From NCBI RefSeq assembly GCF_037042905.1, contig NC_087245.1, forward strand, positions 40,178,001 through 40,242,000: a DNA stretch of 64,000 nucleotides, read 5' to 3'. Numbering within the stretch: the first letter of the stretch is position 1; each line of letters starts with the position of its first letter. Positions 53,263 through 64,000 of the stretch are shown here, piece after piece. A program made the position numbers and the translations under genes. The notes under the pieces were generated by a model that was not told the origin of the DNA, did not search any database, and saw nothing but the letters and a program-made list of their open reading frames with translations. The stretch comes from Lytechinus pictus (taxonomy: Eukaryota).

Positions 53263-56200
53263 GGCCCGTATTCCATAAACGAGATAAGCATGCTTAAGTC
53301 AAAAATCTAAGCATTTTGTCTTAGTTTTCTGTCTAAGACAAAATTCTTAGCCAAAACGCGTATTCCATAAAGAAATGGCTAAGAATTTTGTCTAAGAATT
53401 TGGCTAAGAATTTTTGCGCGACTAAGACAGATTTAGGATGAATGGCTAAGTAACTTTTCTTAAATATGCAGAGTCTGTATTTCATAAATTCTACATGGCT
53501 AAGAATTTTGCCCTAACTTTAAGACAGTTGTGAGTTGTCTTAATTGCTTTAAGACAACGTTTAAATCCAACAAATCATGGCCATTTTTTTTTTAGAATTT
53601 ATACCTATATTGCATTTCGAGCTACTTCCTCAGTTTTTAACCGATTTTCATGAAATTTGGAACACACATTGGTCTTAAGGTAAGGAGGTGTAAGAATTTT
53701 TTTTTTGCTTTTTCAGAAATTGTGTTGCCATGGTAACAGTATATTATGGCCAAAATTTAAAATTTAGATTACTTCATCGGTTTTCTACCAATTCTCATGA
53801 AAGTTGGCTCACACATTGGATTTGAGGAAAAGATGTGCAAGACACAATTTTGCATGTGTCGGAAATTGTGTTGCCATGGTAACAGTATATTATGGCAAAA
53901 ATTATGTATAAATCTTGCTATTCCAACTACTTCCTCAGTTTTTAACCAATTCTCATGAAATGTGGCACAAACATTAGTCTTGATGTGAAGATGTGCAAAA
54001 CATATTTTATGCCTATATACAAAAATTGTGTTGCCATGGTAACAACATATTAAATAATGAAAATTAGGTGAAAAATTTGTGGTTTTAACAAGTTTACAAT
54101 ATTTCAACCACTTCTCATGATGTTTGCCACAGACATAAGTCTTGAGGTAAAGATGTGCAAGACACATTTTCGCATGTGTCGGAAATTGTGTTGCCATGGT
54201 AACTGCATATTAGGGCAAAAATTATGTAAAAATCTTGCAGTTCCAACGACTTCTTCAGTTTTTAATCAATTATCATGAAATGTGGCACAAACGTTAGTCT
54301 TGATGTGAAGATGTGCAAAGTATATTTTATGCCTTTATACAAAATTGCGTTGCCATGGCAACAAATAAAATAACAAAAACTAGATGAAAATCTTGTAATT
54401 TGAATTACTTTATCAGTTTTCAACTGGTCAATTCTCCTAAAATGTTGGCGCACACAATAGTCTTGAGTTGAAGATGTCTAAGATATACTTTTGCCTGTAT
54501 CAGAATTCGTGTTGCTATGGTAACAACATATTATATAAAGAAATTAGGTGAAAATCTTGTGGTTTGAATCCCTTTATTAGTTTTACCAATTCTTATAAAA
54601 GTTGGCTCACACATTGATTTTGAGGTGTAGATCTGCAAGACATATATTTGAAAATTTGTTGCCATGGTAACAGCATATCAGGTCAATAAATGTGTAAACA
54701 GCATGATGTGTATTGAACTACTTCTTCATTTTATGACATTGGCCTATATGTCCATGAAATGTAGGTTTTGAGCTAAAATAATCTGCAAGACACATTTTCT
54801 CATTCATCAAAATATGTGTTTGTGTGATAACTACATGTATACGCCAAAAAAGATTAAGACAATGGTCAATGCTAATATTTGTTTGGCTACATAGAGAACT
54901 ACATGTAGCTGAGGGCTTAGTTCTATTTTTTTTTTTTTTTTTTTTTGGGGGGGGGGGGCTAGACCTCAAGATTTCGAACTACAGCCCCTAGTTTAGATCT
55001 AAGCCTAGATCAAGATTCTTTAGTCCTAGAAATAATCCAATGCTAGATCCCTAGCCTACTTCCTTTCTCAGGCCTAACGTTAGATGAGTAGAACTAGACT
55101 AGATCTAGCCTACATTTACTATTTTTAGATCTAGAATCTACATTGAGATAAGAGTCTACAAGTCTCTAGATCTAGACCTATTACTATGACCCTATGTACA
55201 CCTAGATTGGTATAGTTCTAGATCTAGATAGGGTCTAACTTTTAGTCTAAGTGAGTAAGTCATTTAGTCTAGATCTAGGCCTAGGTTAGAGATTTCTAGA
55301 TCAAACAGTAGAATAGATCAGCAAGTCCTAACGTTAGGGCTACCGGATAGGCTAGAAATAAAATCTAGAATGAATAGAAGAAAGCACAGGCTAGGCCGCC
55401 TAGGCCCTAGATCTAAATTCTTATATAAATCTAGGCCCTAGTCTAGACTGAGCTGTTGCCAGTGTTGGTCTAGGTTTAGGCCTGTTTTCTAGTCCTGGAA
55501 ACCTAGATCTAAACAAGTCCTCAAAATGTATAAAATAAAAACTCCAAACAAACAGATGGACCTAAAGCAGGAGTAGATCTAGATAGATGTCTAGACTACT
55601 ACTACTAGGACTAGATCTAACTTTAGGCATAGTTGGCAAGCAATGCATAGCGATATATCTAACGTTAGCACTGTTGACAGGAATAACCGTCGTTTCTGGG
55701 GATTTATTTAAAAGTTTCTGACATTTACTGTCATATCACATTGGTGAGACTAGGCCAACGTAACGTTAGACTGTTTAGACTTTAGTGTCGTACTCGTAAT
55801 ACTAAAATAGCGGAACAACCAAAATACAGTCGGAGACTGAAGCTTTTGGTCTAAGTCAGATCTATTTCTAGACCTACAAGTAGATCTAGATAGATCTATC
55901 TCTGTCTTAAGGCTAAGCCAGGCTAAGTCCTGCATGTTCTAGGCCTAGACCAATACTAATATAGGCCCTAGGTCTATCGTTAGATCTAGGCCTATGTAGC
56001 TTCAGTCTCAGTTGCTCCACTCCGGCACTAGACTAACAAAGTTACGTTTTGCTTCAGCCTTCAGGAAAGTAAAAAGTAAAAACAATGTTCAATTCTCCTC
56101 CAAACAGACGGATATTAGTTGTAGATCTTGGGCCTAGGCTAGATCTAGGCCTAATGTTAGACCCAAGACTAGTCTCAAAAGTTACAAATGTTTTCCCTTA

Positions 56201-56705
56201 GACCCTAGGTCTACTTCAACTGAAGTAGAATAAAGATGTCGAGAGGAATCTACCCTATTCCATTGAGATTTTGACAAACAATACATGAAAAGTAATGAAT
56301 GGGACTGATACATAAAAAACTGTGCAAGTCACTCGGTTTGGGATTGAAATGTTTTGGTAATTAACAAAATATAAAATAATCTGAATAAAGAATTCTTACC
56401 ATATATGGGTGATGAATGCTCTTCTTTTACTACAATAGTTGTAATTAGTTTCAATAAAATCAAACTTGTTAAGAAAAAACAACTTCAATGACATTTTTGC
56501 TATTTTGTTGCAGTCACCCCTGCAGCAGTTTAGAAGGTCATAGAATTTGACTTTGAGACTTTGGCTTAGCCATATCGTCTGACTTGAGACAAATGTCTTA
56601 AAGTTTATAGAATATCGTTAGGGAAGATTTCTTAGACAAGCAAAATGCTAAGACAAATTGCTAAGACTTAAGCAAAAAGCTTATCTCGTTTATGGAATAC
56701 GGGCC
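53263..56705. mobile_element. 3.4-kb non-autonomous PIF/Harbinger-type element
   Basis: Perfect 27-bp TIR GGCCCGTATTCCATAAACGAGATAAGC, CTG TSD, subterminal CTAAG/CTTAG motifs at both ends; no transposase ORF seen. Confidence 0.88.
53590..54850. repeat. about 8 diverged tandem units of 146-162 bp (core TTGTGTTGCCATGGTAAC) inside the Harbinger-type element
   Basis: Core recurs near 53728, 53875, 54034, 54194, 54354, 54516 and 54662. Confidence 0.85.
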
Positions 56706-57070
56706 CTGGACTTTAGTAATCACAATTATTAGGGCAATTTCATGAAGTATTTAGATCCAACCCTGACCTACCCGAATTTATTTTATCTGCACTCAAAGGG
56801 ATGGTCCGAGCAGAAGATATTTATATTTCAATAAATAGAGTATAATTCACAGAACAAAATGCTAAAAATTTGATCAAAATCGGATAACAAATAACGAAGT
56901 CATTGAATTTTACAGATTTGCATTATTTTATATATATATGTACAAGATTTAGCTTACAAATTTGATACAAATGAACATTGATTATTATGTATTCTATGTT
57001 TTTCAGGTTTATCTTGCACATTTTACATTCTGAATCAATTCCTTTCTCCCTCTCTGTTTCAATTTCACAG

Positions 57071-57114
57071 AATCAAAACCTAAGGAAAATGGTGAAAACA
57101 AGTCAGGGTTAACG
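57071..57114 (+). CDS. scrib: scrib exon (ESKPKENGENKSGLT)
   Basis: tcacag acceptor, gtagga donor, 44 nt, phase 1/0 closes the chain. Confidence 0.8.
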
Positions 57115-57187
57115 GTAGGAAGACCCTTTTTTGATTTACAATCCCTTTGTGAACATGATGTGCAATGAGAATTTGATGTAATATCTG

Positions 57188-57457
57188 GGCCCTGTCTTAC
57201 AAAGAGTTGCGATTGATCCTATCAATCACAACTATGGACGGCCAGTCATGTCAACATCTATTATGAATGCTTGTTCAAAATATTTTCTTACTATGATGTT
57301 TATTCATGCATTCATTGTTTTTCTTGAAAATTCACTGTCCTTTTTGTTTACAAAGGACATAGTGCTAATTTTTTTTGTTGAAAAAATTATGACACTGATG
57401 GATTTCCATAAGGTTACGATTGATTTGATCAATCGTAACTCTTTGTAAGACGGGGCT
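57188..57457. mobile_element. Harbinger-like MITE, family B, second copy
   Basis: TIRs, CTG TSD, similarity to 2568-2828. Confidence 0.85.
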
Positions 57458-59024
57458 CTGATAATTTTAAGATGGAAGTGTAAATATAGGCATTATACTG
57501 TGATGAGTGAATGGAGACATATCTAGTTGATGTATTATACAATATAAACAAAAGACAATTTTTAAAAAGATGATTTGATCCTGTAAGAGTTAGAATAAAA
57601 ATAATTGCAAACTTTGTCAGTTGGTTTAAGATTTGTCAAGTTGTCTTTATTATGTACAATGTAGTTATGATTTTTGTGAATGTAGAGTCAATACTCTATA
57701 ATCAGAATTTTCTTTGGTTATCGATATTTTGTATATTTTTTGTATTACTGTTTTCTGTTCTGTGTCAATTATCCATGCCTTTTCTTATCACTAATATTTC
57801 AGTTAATAAATAAACACCAACAGTGTTTGAAAATGTAGATGTTAATTTTTTTTTTAGATAGAGGGAATCACAGTACAAGAAAAAGAAAAAAAAAGATGGA
57901 GCAAATTCAGGTTGATATTGGGCACACCATATGAATCTGCACATAAATGTCCCACAAGTGTACCAGAAATACACATGTTATGCAATTTCATTAATTCTTT
58001 GGTAATTGAATGGAAAAATCACATCCTTTATTGATTACTGGAATTAGACAAGATTTTTGTTCCTTTTAATTTTAACTATCATTCAAACACTGTTGGTACA
58101 TTGTATATTAAAATAAATGTTTGCTTTTTTTTTCATTTTGCATGCTCATAATTTTATTTTTCTTTAATTGATACATCTATCCACTGTCACATTCATTTTA
58201 TTTATAAATGTAGCATTTTTTCCTATAAATCTTTATAATATTTACATCTTTCATACATTCAGCATGCTTGCTCACTCTGGTAAAAATGCTTGCTAAATTA
58301 TCTTGAAGATAATTTGCAAATTTATTCATTTTCATCATCTTTTCTGCTAAAGTATCTTTTGGTTTACTTTTAGTTCTTTCAGTTTGCATTGTTAAAAAAA
58401 ATTCTCTCATTTAATTTTTCCATCCCTCGTCACCTTTCTTGCATTGGAAAAAATATATCCTTGAATTTGGCATGAAATTACAACCTCCCAAAACAAGAAA
58501 AGTAATATAATTATTATAAAATATAATTATTATATTTTGAAGGGTTTATCGGTTAGCGTGAAAATGATACATGTATACAGCTAGTTAACCATTTCCCCTT
58601 TTGAACATTACTATGAAAAAAAAAACTATCTCAGAAATAGTTTCTTGTCCCTGTAAAGAAGTTTCCTCAGCAACAGATTCAAGTAATTTAGAGCCAATAC
58701 AAGCTCGCTTCTAACAGCAAAGCTACTGCTAAAATTTCTCCTTTCGTATTGACCCACTTCTCGATCTCTCGCTGGCTGCGTTGCTTTGGTAAACCAAATT
58801 GATAAAAATTCATATGAATTAGAAAAGGAAACAATACTTATATTCCATCACCCTTCACTGACCACATGTCACCGTCATCAGCCTTTAACCATAACTCCGT
58901 CATCAAAATAATCACTTCCACTAACATCATCGGAGCTTTCCATGCTCCAGTCGATATTAACCGATTGACCTCTGACCTTTGACCTCAAAGTCTTCTCCCG
59001 TCGTCACCCTTCCCCCAATCACAG

Positions 59025-59105
59025 ATATCGGCAGGTGGTCTTAATAGCCTGGACGAGATCCAGTTTATGGATGAAGGCGACGAAGGTACAGCAGTGTGTA
59101 CGTAG
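59025..59105 (+). CDS. scrib: scrib last coding exon (ISAGGLNSLDEIQFMDEGDEGTAVCT-stop)
   Basis: tcacag acceptor with a CTGAC branch-like site about 50 nt upstream; TAG at 59103-59105. Confidence 0.78.
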   Translation: MSAGGLNSLDEIQFMDEGDEGTAVCT

Positions 59106-62100
59106 AAACCATGATGTGGGTTTGATCCAGGCCAACTCTTAACCTTTGCCCCCACCCCCCCGCCCACCACCCGCAATTTACCGACATTTCTGCCTCCCTT
59201 TTAGATTAATTGAAAACACTAACACCCCCCCCCCCAAAAAAAAAAAGAAGAAAAAAAGTCGAAACAACACACCCAAAATCCTGCATTTGAGTGTCAACTC
59301 CCAGACCACTCCTTCTCAAACACTGGTTTGAGATAATTTCTTGATGTTAATGATGCATGTTTTGACGGGCCAGTTTCCTTTTGCATGATTCAGGCACGAG
59401 AACTGTTCAGATTTTACCCCAGAAATCCTTTCCCTATTTTTGCATGTTTTTGTATATCGATTTGTGTGTGGTCATTTGTTTTGAAGGAATATTATTTTTC
59501 TCGGTCTTGTGGTATTTAGATCTTTTTTTTTAGCGATCACTTGTAACAAGATTCATTTACAGAGGAGAAAAATTGTTCTGAAGAAAAAGGAAAAAAAATG
59601 CAAAAAAAGAAAGAAAAATTAAACTTTCAGAAATTTAGCATCCTTAACGGAACAGAAGATATATCTCTAACAGCTAAGAAGCATGTTATCTCGAAAGGCC
59701 AAAGATTTCCCAATGGTAGAATAAATCCCTCCTTGCATGCAAAGAATAAACATGATCTGACCTGGAAATAAAACCAATGCCATGGTTTTTACAACTCTAA
59801 ATGTATTCTACTGTAATAAATTGTAGTTAATGTTTTAGAGTCTCTTTACAAGTACATTTGTTTTTTAGCAAACAATTTGAATTGATATTACAAGAATGAA
59901 TTTAAAACTGTCAAATATTTAATAATTGATGTTATTACAAGACCTTTCAGATATGCATAATAAATTTCTTGATATTTGTCTGAGGATGGTTCCTAGTCTT
60001 GGTAATAGAATTAAACAAAAACAAAAAAAACTAGAGAAAATTGTCTATGTTTTTCAACTTCGTATCCACTTTCAATAAGGCTATTATTTGCCCAAGGAGT
60101 TTCGCATAGGAGAGCAAAGTGCCGCATTTTGTGCAGTCATTGTATTTTTGCTGTTTTGTTTTATGTTGTGCTGCATGTTCAGTGTTGTTGTGAATTTGAT
60201 TATCTGGTCGTTTTGTGATAATTTGATTTTATAGTGCTACGAGAAAGCAAGGTACTCTCATGGTGTATTTTGAAGTAGAATTTCATGTATGCATGCTTTC
60301 ATTACATGTATTTATTATTGTTACTATTTTTTTTTGGTAACAGATTAGAGAGAAGTTCATGCAGGGATTACTGTGATCCGTAGATGTCTCACACGTCGTG
60401 AAATGGACACTGATTTAGCGGGACCTTGATCATTATAACGGAGGTCCTGAGAGGTCAAAGCTTGTCACTACGATTTAAACAGCGATGCTACAACCTTTGT
60501 GATTGGTCGAAGAAAGCCATTGAGCTGTTTGTGTTAGAATCGGTGCCAGTGATTGGCCAATGCCTCTCTCTTTTTATCTTTCCCCATCAAAACATTTTTA
60601 TTGCAAACATTGCCTTGCAAAGGTGCTGGGATGGAGAGCGCCCCCTCGTGGTTGTGACGTGCAGAAGTCGCGTGCTAGTAAAGGAGATAATTCTCTGCTT
60701 GGTGCTATGATGGGCAATCAACTTGGACAAGACGAAAGCCAGAAGTGTTGCTCACCATCACCAAGCTTTTAACAATTTTCGTCGATATGCCATTTTAATC
60801 TCATCTCCTGGATTTATCATTTTGAAAATTTTAAAATATTTTAACCAACTTTTTAAAGGAATGGATCAGATCTCCGTATTGTGTGTATCTGTGGAATTTC
60901 TTATCAGCGGAGATCAACTCTAGGAGCTTTTTATCAGAGTCTGCAAGGTTGCCGAGGTACAACTGCTGACTGATTTTGAATGGTTTGGTTTCTTTCAAGC
61001 AAATGAAGTTATGAAGAAAGAAAAACAACCCAAAACCTTAATTATTGTCACTGAAACTGCCTGCCATGTGATCACCAGTCAGACGTTGATAATGACAATG
61101 TTGTAAATAATTCTGAAATGGAAAACAATATTCACCAAAATTACTGCCAAGAGATCATATTTCGTTTTCTTTTCTATTAAATTAAGTGATATTATGAAGT
61201 GATATTCACCTATAAAGTGATGATTTATGTATATTATGTGTAGACTCTTATATAAAAAAAAGAATTATGCATTTTCATTATTATTTATTCACTTTTTTTC
61301 ACTTGAAAAGTTGAGATGAGAGCGCTCAGGTCAAGTGTGATCACTTCTGATCTGTATTTTGAATTCCAAAGATCAGGAAGGGTGAAATTTTGGGACCAAT
61401 TGATTGTCTTTGGAATGAGAGGGGAATTCAATTCATGTGCATGTAATTAATGATTTGATCAAATGTATTAATTGGAAGAAGACTAGTAGTGGCGAAACTA
61501 CAATGCATTTATACTCTCAGTGATTGTATGAAAATACACGATTGACGTCCGCCTTTGATCAGAAATTGACAGTAAAAAAAAAAAAAGATTCTTATAAAGT
61601 CTATCTTCAGGATGATTATAAAGAAGCTCCTCCCCCATTCCCCCCCCCCTCAAAAAAAAGTATTCACTCCCAGTCAAAATTGCTTGTAAGGACAAAGATT
61701 TATTCAATCAATGCTGTGGTCACATAAATTTGTGTTTTCATTTTTATTTCTTCAACGGTCAAACTACTTATGACTTAATCAAAGTTGACAATGATTGTTA
61801 AGCTGTGAAAAAGGTGTCATAATCTCTCACCTAACCAGAATTATGACATCTTTATGTCAGTGAACAAACAAACAATGTTGATATCTTGTTTTGATTATGT
61901 AACTTTTGGTTCTGTGATTATGTATTGCATTGGAGAAAAAAAGGAGGATGAATTGTATGGTAAAATGAATTGAAGGAGAGAGCTTTAATGTGATTAATTG
62001 ATAATGTGTCATGTATTGTAATATTTTTTGCAATTCTATGAAGAATATCATTTATTTCTTTTGATCCAAGTAAACAGTAATTTCCAAGGGAATACTGTCT

Positions 62101-63700
62101 GACGTTTTGATGTTGTATCTCTAAATCTTTTGAACCTGATGCCTTTTCATATTTAAAGAAAAACATGTTATCTGTACTGATTTTATTGTACAAACAAATC
62201 ACTGTTGCCGATGTCTCAATAAGATGCACTGTGCATTTACTTTGAATTTTTAGCCAGAATTTTACAAATGTCTTGTAGATGCCATGTAGGTGTAAAATTG
62301 TTTTTAACATCGCATACTAGATTCCTGTACAGATTGTGAAGATATTTTTGTATATCAACAAAGAATGTTTGAAAATGTGAAACCTACATAACTGTACCGG
62401 TAGGTGTTGATGAATGGAATGCATATATATTTACACTAGCCGATTAATACAAGAAATGAATTTCATATTTTAACAGGAGGAATTGTTCTTCTTAATCGGA
62501 AGAGGACTCCTTATTCATATTGTCAATAAATTCTTAACATGCCAGAAAAAGCGCAGCTGTGTGGGGCTTGTGTGTAATGAGGGGGCCCACTTGCAACTTT
62601 GGCATTTTAAGAATTTATAGTATATCTGTACAGAAAAAAAAGGTTTTGCCATTATTTTTAGCTTGTACTTCCATATCATTGTATTGTTTTATCAGGTCTT
62701 TTTTCACACACGTCTCACCGATAGATTACTCCATTTTAACTCATACACTTACCACATGTATTAGAGATCATTCTTGAGAGAATGGCGTAGTGTGAACCAT
62801 TCCATTCAAGAAACAATCAATGCACAAAGATGTCGAAGTGTGGTTTACACCAGTGCATAACATCACATTTTCATAGTGCTCGTACCATGCATTTAGGATT
62901 TTATAGGGGCATGAAATGTCACACTCACTTTCACCATCTAGGGTACTTAAAATGATGACAAAAAATGTTCTGTCTTCAAGATGCATTTGGATACCCTATA
63001 GACGGATTGAGTATCATAATTTACAGTATTCAATAAGAAACATTGATCAAGCATTTCAAATGTTCAATCAATAATTAAAATACTCCATACCATACTATTT
63101 GATGTTATGAATAGATATGTTGAACATAGTATAAGCTTTGATCATGATATTTACATTTACAGTGCTTGCCTTTTTACAGCCAGATTTTACCCCATAATGA
63201 TAATAACATTATTAGGAAAAAAATAGAATTAACAAGGGCCTATATAAAAAATGGTTCAATGTAAACTGCTCTATTCATTTTCTTTTTAACTTGCATATTT
63301 ATGATAAAACAGGTAACATTTAAGATCTCCAAATTATTCTAGCAAATGAAAGGCATAACCTTATATTATGAGAGAACTGTAATATGTATTTTGTGTTGTA
63401 CAGTGTATAATTTGGATGTGTATATCCTTTTGCTATTGTTTTTTTTTACTTGCCAATCCAGTCATCTAAAAAAAAACTGTGCCCTACATCAGCAGTCAAT
63501 TTTTAAATCAAATTTTCTTTTTTACTCTCTCTCTCTCTCTCTACCCCCCCCCCCTCATATTAAAAAGCGCTTGCATAATCTATCATCACTTATATTTTGC
63601 ACCTGAATTTAAAGTTACACAATTTTATTTTTATTTACAATTCTATTACCCCTTATACTCTGAATTCATTTTTTAAAGTAAATAAACATTTCCTTTTGAT
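59106..63700 (+). other. probable long 3'UTR; candidate poly(A) signals AATAAA at 59720, 59745, 62525 and 63681
   Basis: About 4.6 kb of AU-rich sequence with no recognisable transposon; the last AATAAA is followed by U-rich sequence. The true 3' end is not determinable from sequence alone. Confidence 0.5.
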
Positions 63701-64000
63701 ATCTTTACCTGCTGTAAAATCCTACAATATATTTCTCTCTCTCTCTCTCTCTCTGTAGATTTATTATCGTAATATCCCTCTTTCCATATCTTTCTTGTAT
63801 TCTCATGATATGTACATTTGTAGACCATTATGGTGCTCGTGTAGTATATTCCTTTTCATTTATTTTTACTTTGTGCTTTTTATGATTTCTATTATTTTTG
63901 TTTCCATTTTCCCAATACCCCCTCCTCCAATGATAATACCCAAATCATCTTTTGTGTTGTAATTGATATTGTATTAACCTCTTATACAGTTTCTTAACAA

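Noticed and set aside
56400..56495. Minus-strand ATG-to-GTAAG segment near the right end of the Harbinger-type element as a transposase first exon
   Set aside because: Only about 31 codons, with no recognisable Harbinger DDE or Myb motif and no downstream exons found
57858..58034. Possible alternative exon after TTTTTTAG (IEGITVQEKEKKRWSKF...)
   Set aside because: A-rich with no recognisable similarity, a poor donor and no supporting composition shift
59085..59105. C-terminal TAVCT as a CAAX box or PDZ-binding motif
   Set aside because: Cys is the second-to-last residue rather than fourth-to-last, and the terminal residue is not hydrophobic

Overview
This is AT-rich animal genomic DNA; the repeat types and intron style suggest an echinoderm such as a sea urchin, which is an inference. 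The window holds the 3' part of one + strand gene, a Scribble (scrib, LAP family) orthologue. I traced 21 well-supported GT-AG coding exons from 624 to the stop at 59103-59105, with consistent reading phases throughout. They encode the end of PDZ1, PDZ2-4, a block of symmetric phase-0 exons (including a 1593-nt exon with about 24 His-containing octapeptide repeats) and the conserved Scribble C-terminal motifs. Two microexons and an alternative terminal exon are additional candidates. The LRR part of the gene lies upstream of the window, and a long 3'UTR probably runs to about 63.7 kb. The introns are full of non-autonomous DNA transposons: an 8.6-kb foldback element with TATGG..CCATA ends and a 6-bp TSD (IS3EU-like), a 3.4-kb Harbinger-type element, many Harbinger-type MITEs (some nested), TTAA-flanked Kolobok-like elements and a Helentron/HINE-like element. 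The most unusual observations are a roughly 1.19-kb zone with no AG dinucleotide before a PDZ4 exon whose acceptor has no adjacent U-rich tract, the foldback element with inward-facing promoter-like motifs, and the His-octarepeat/NPF exon. Most ORFs in the supplied track are artefacts of repeats.
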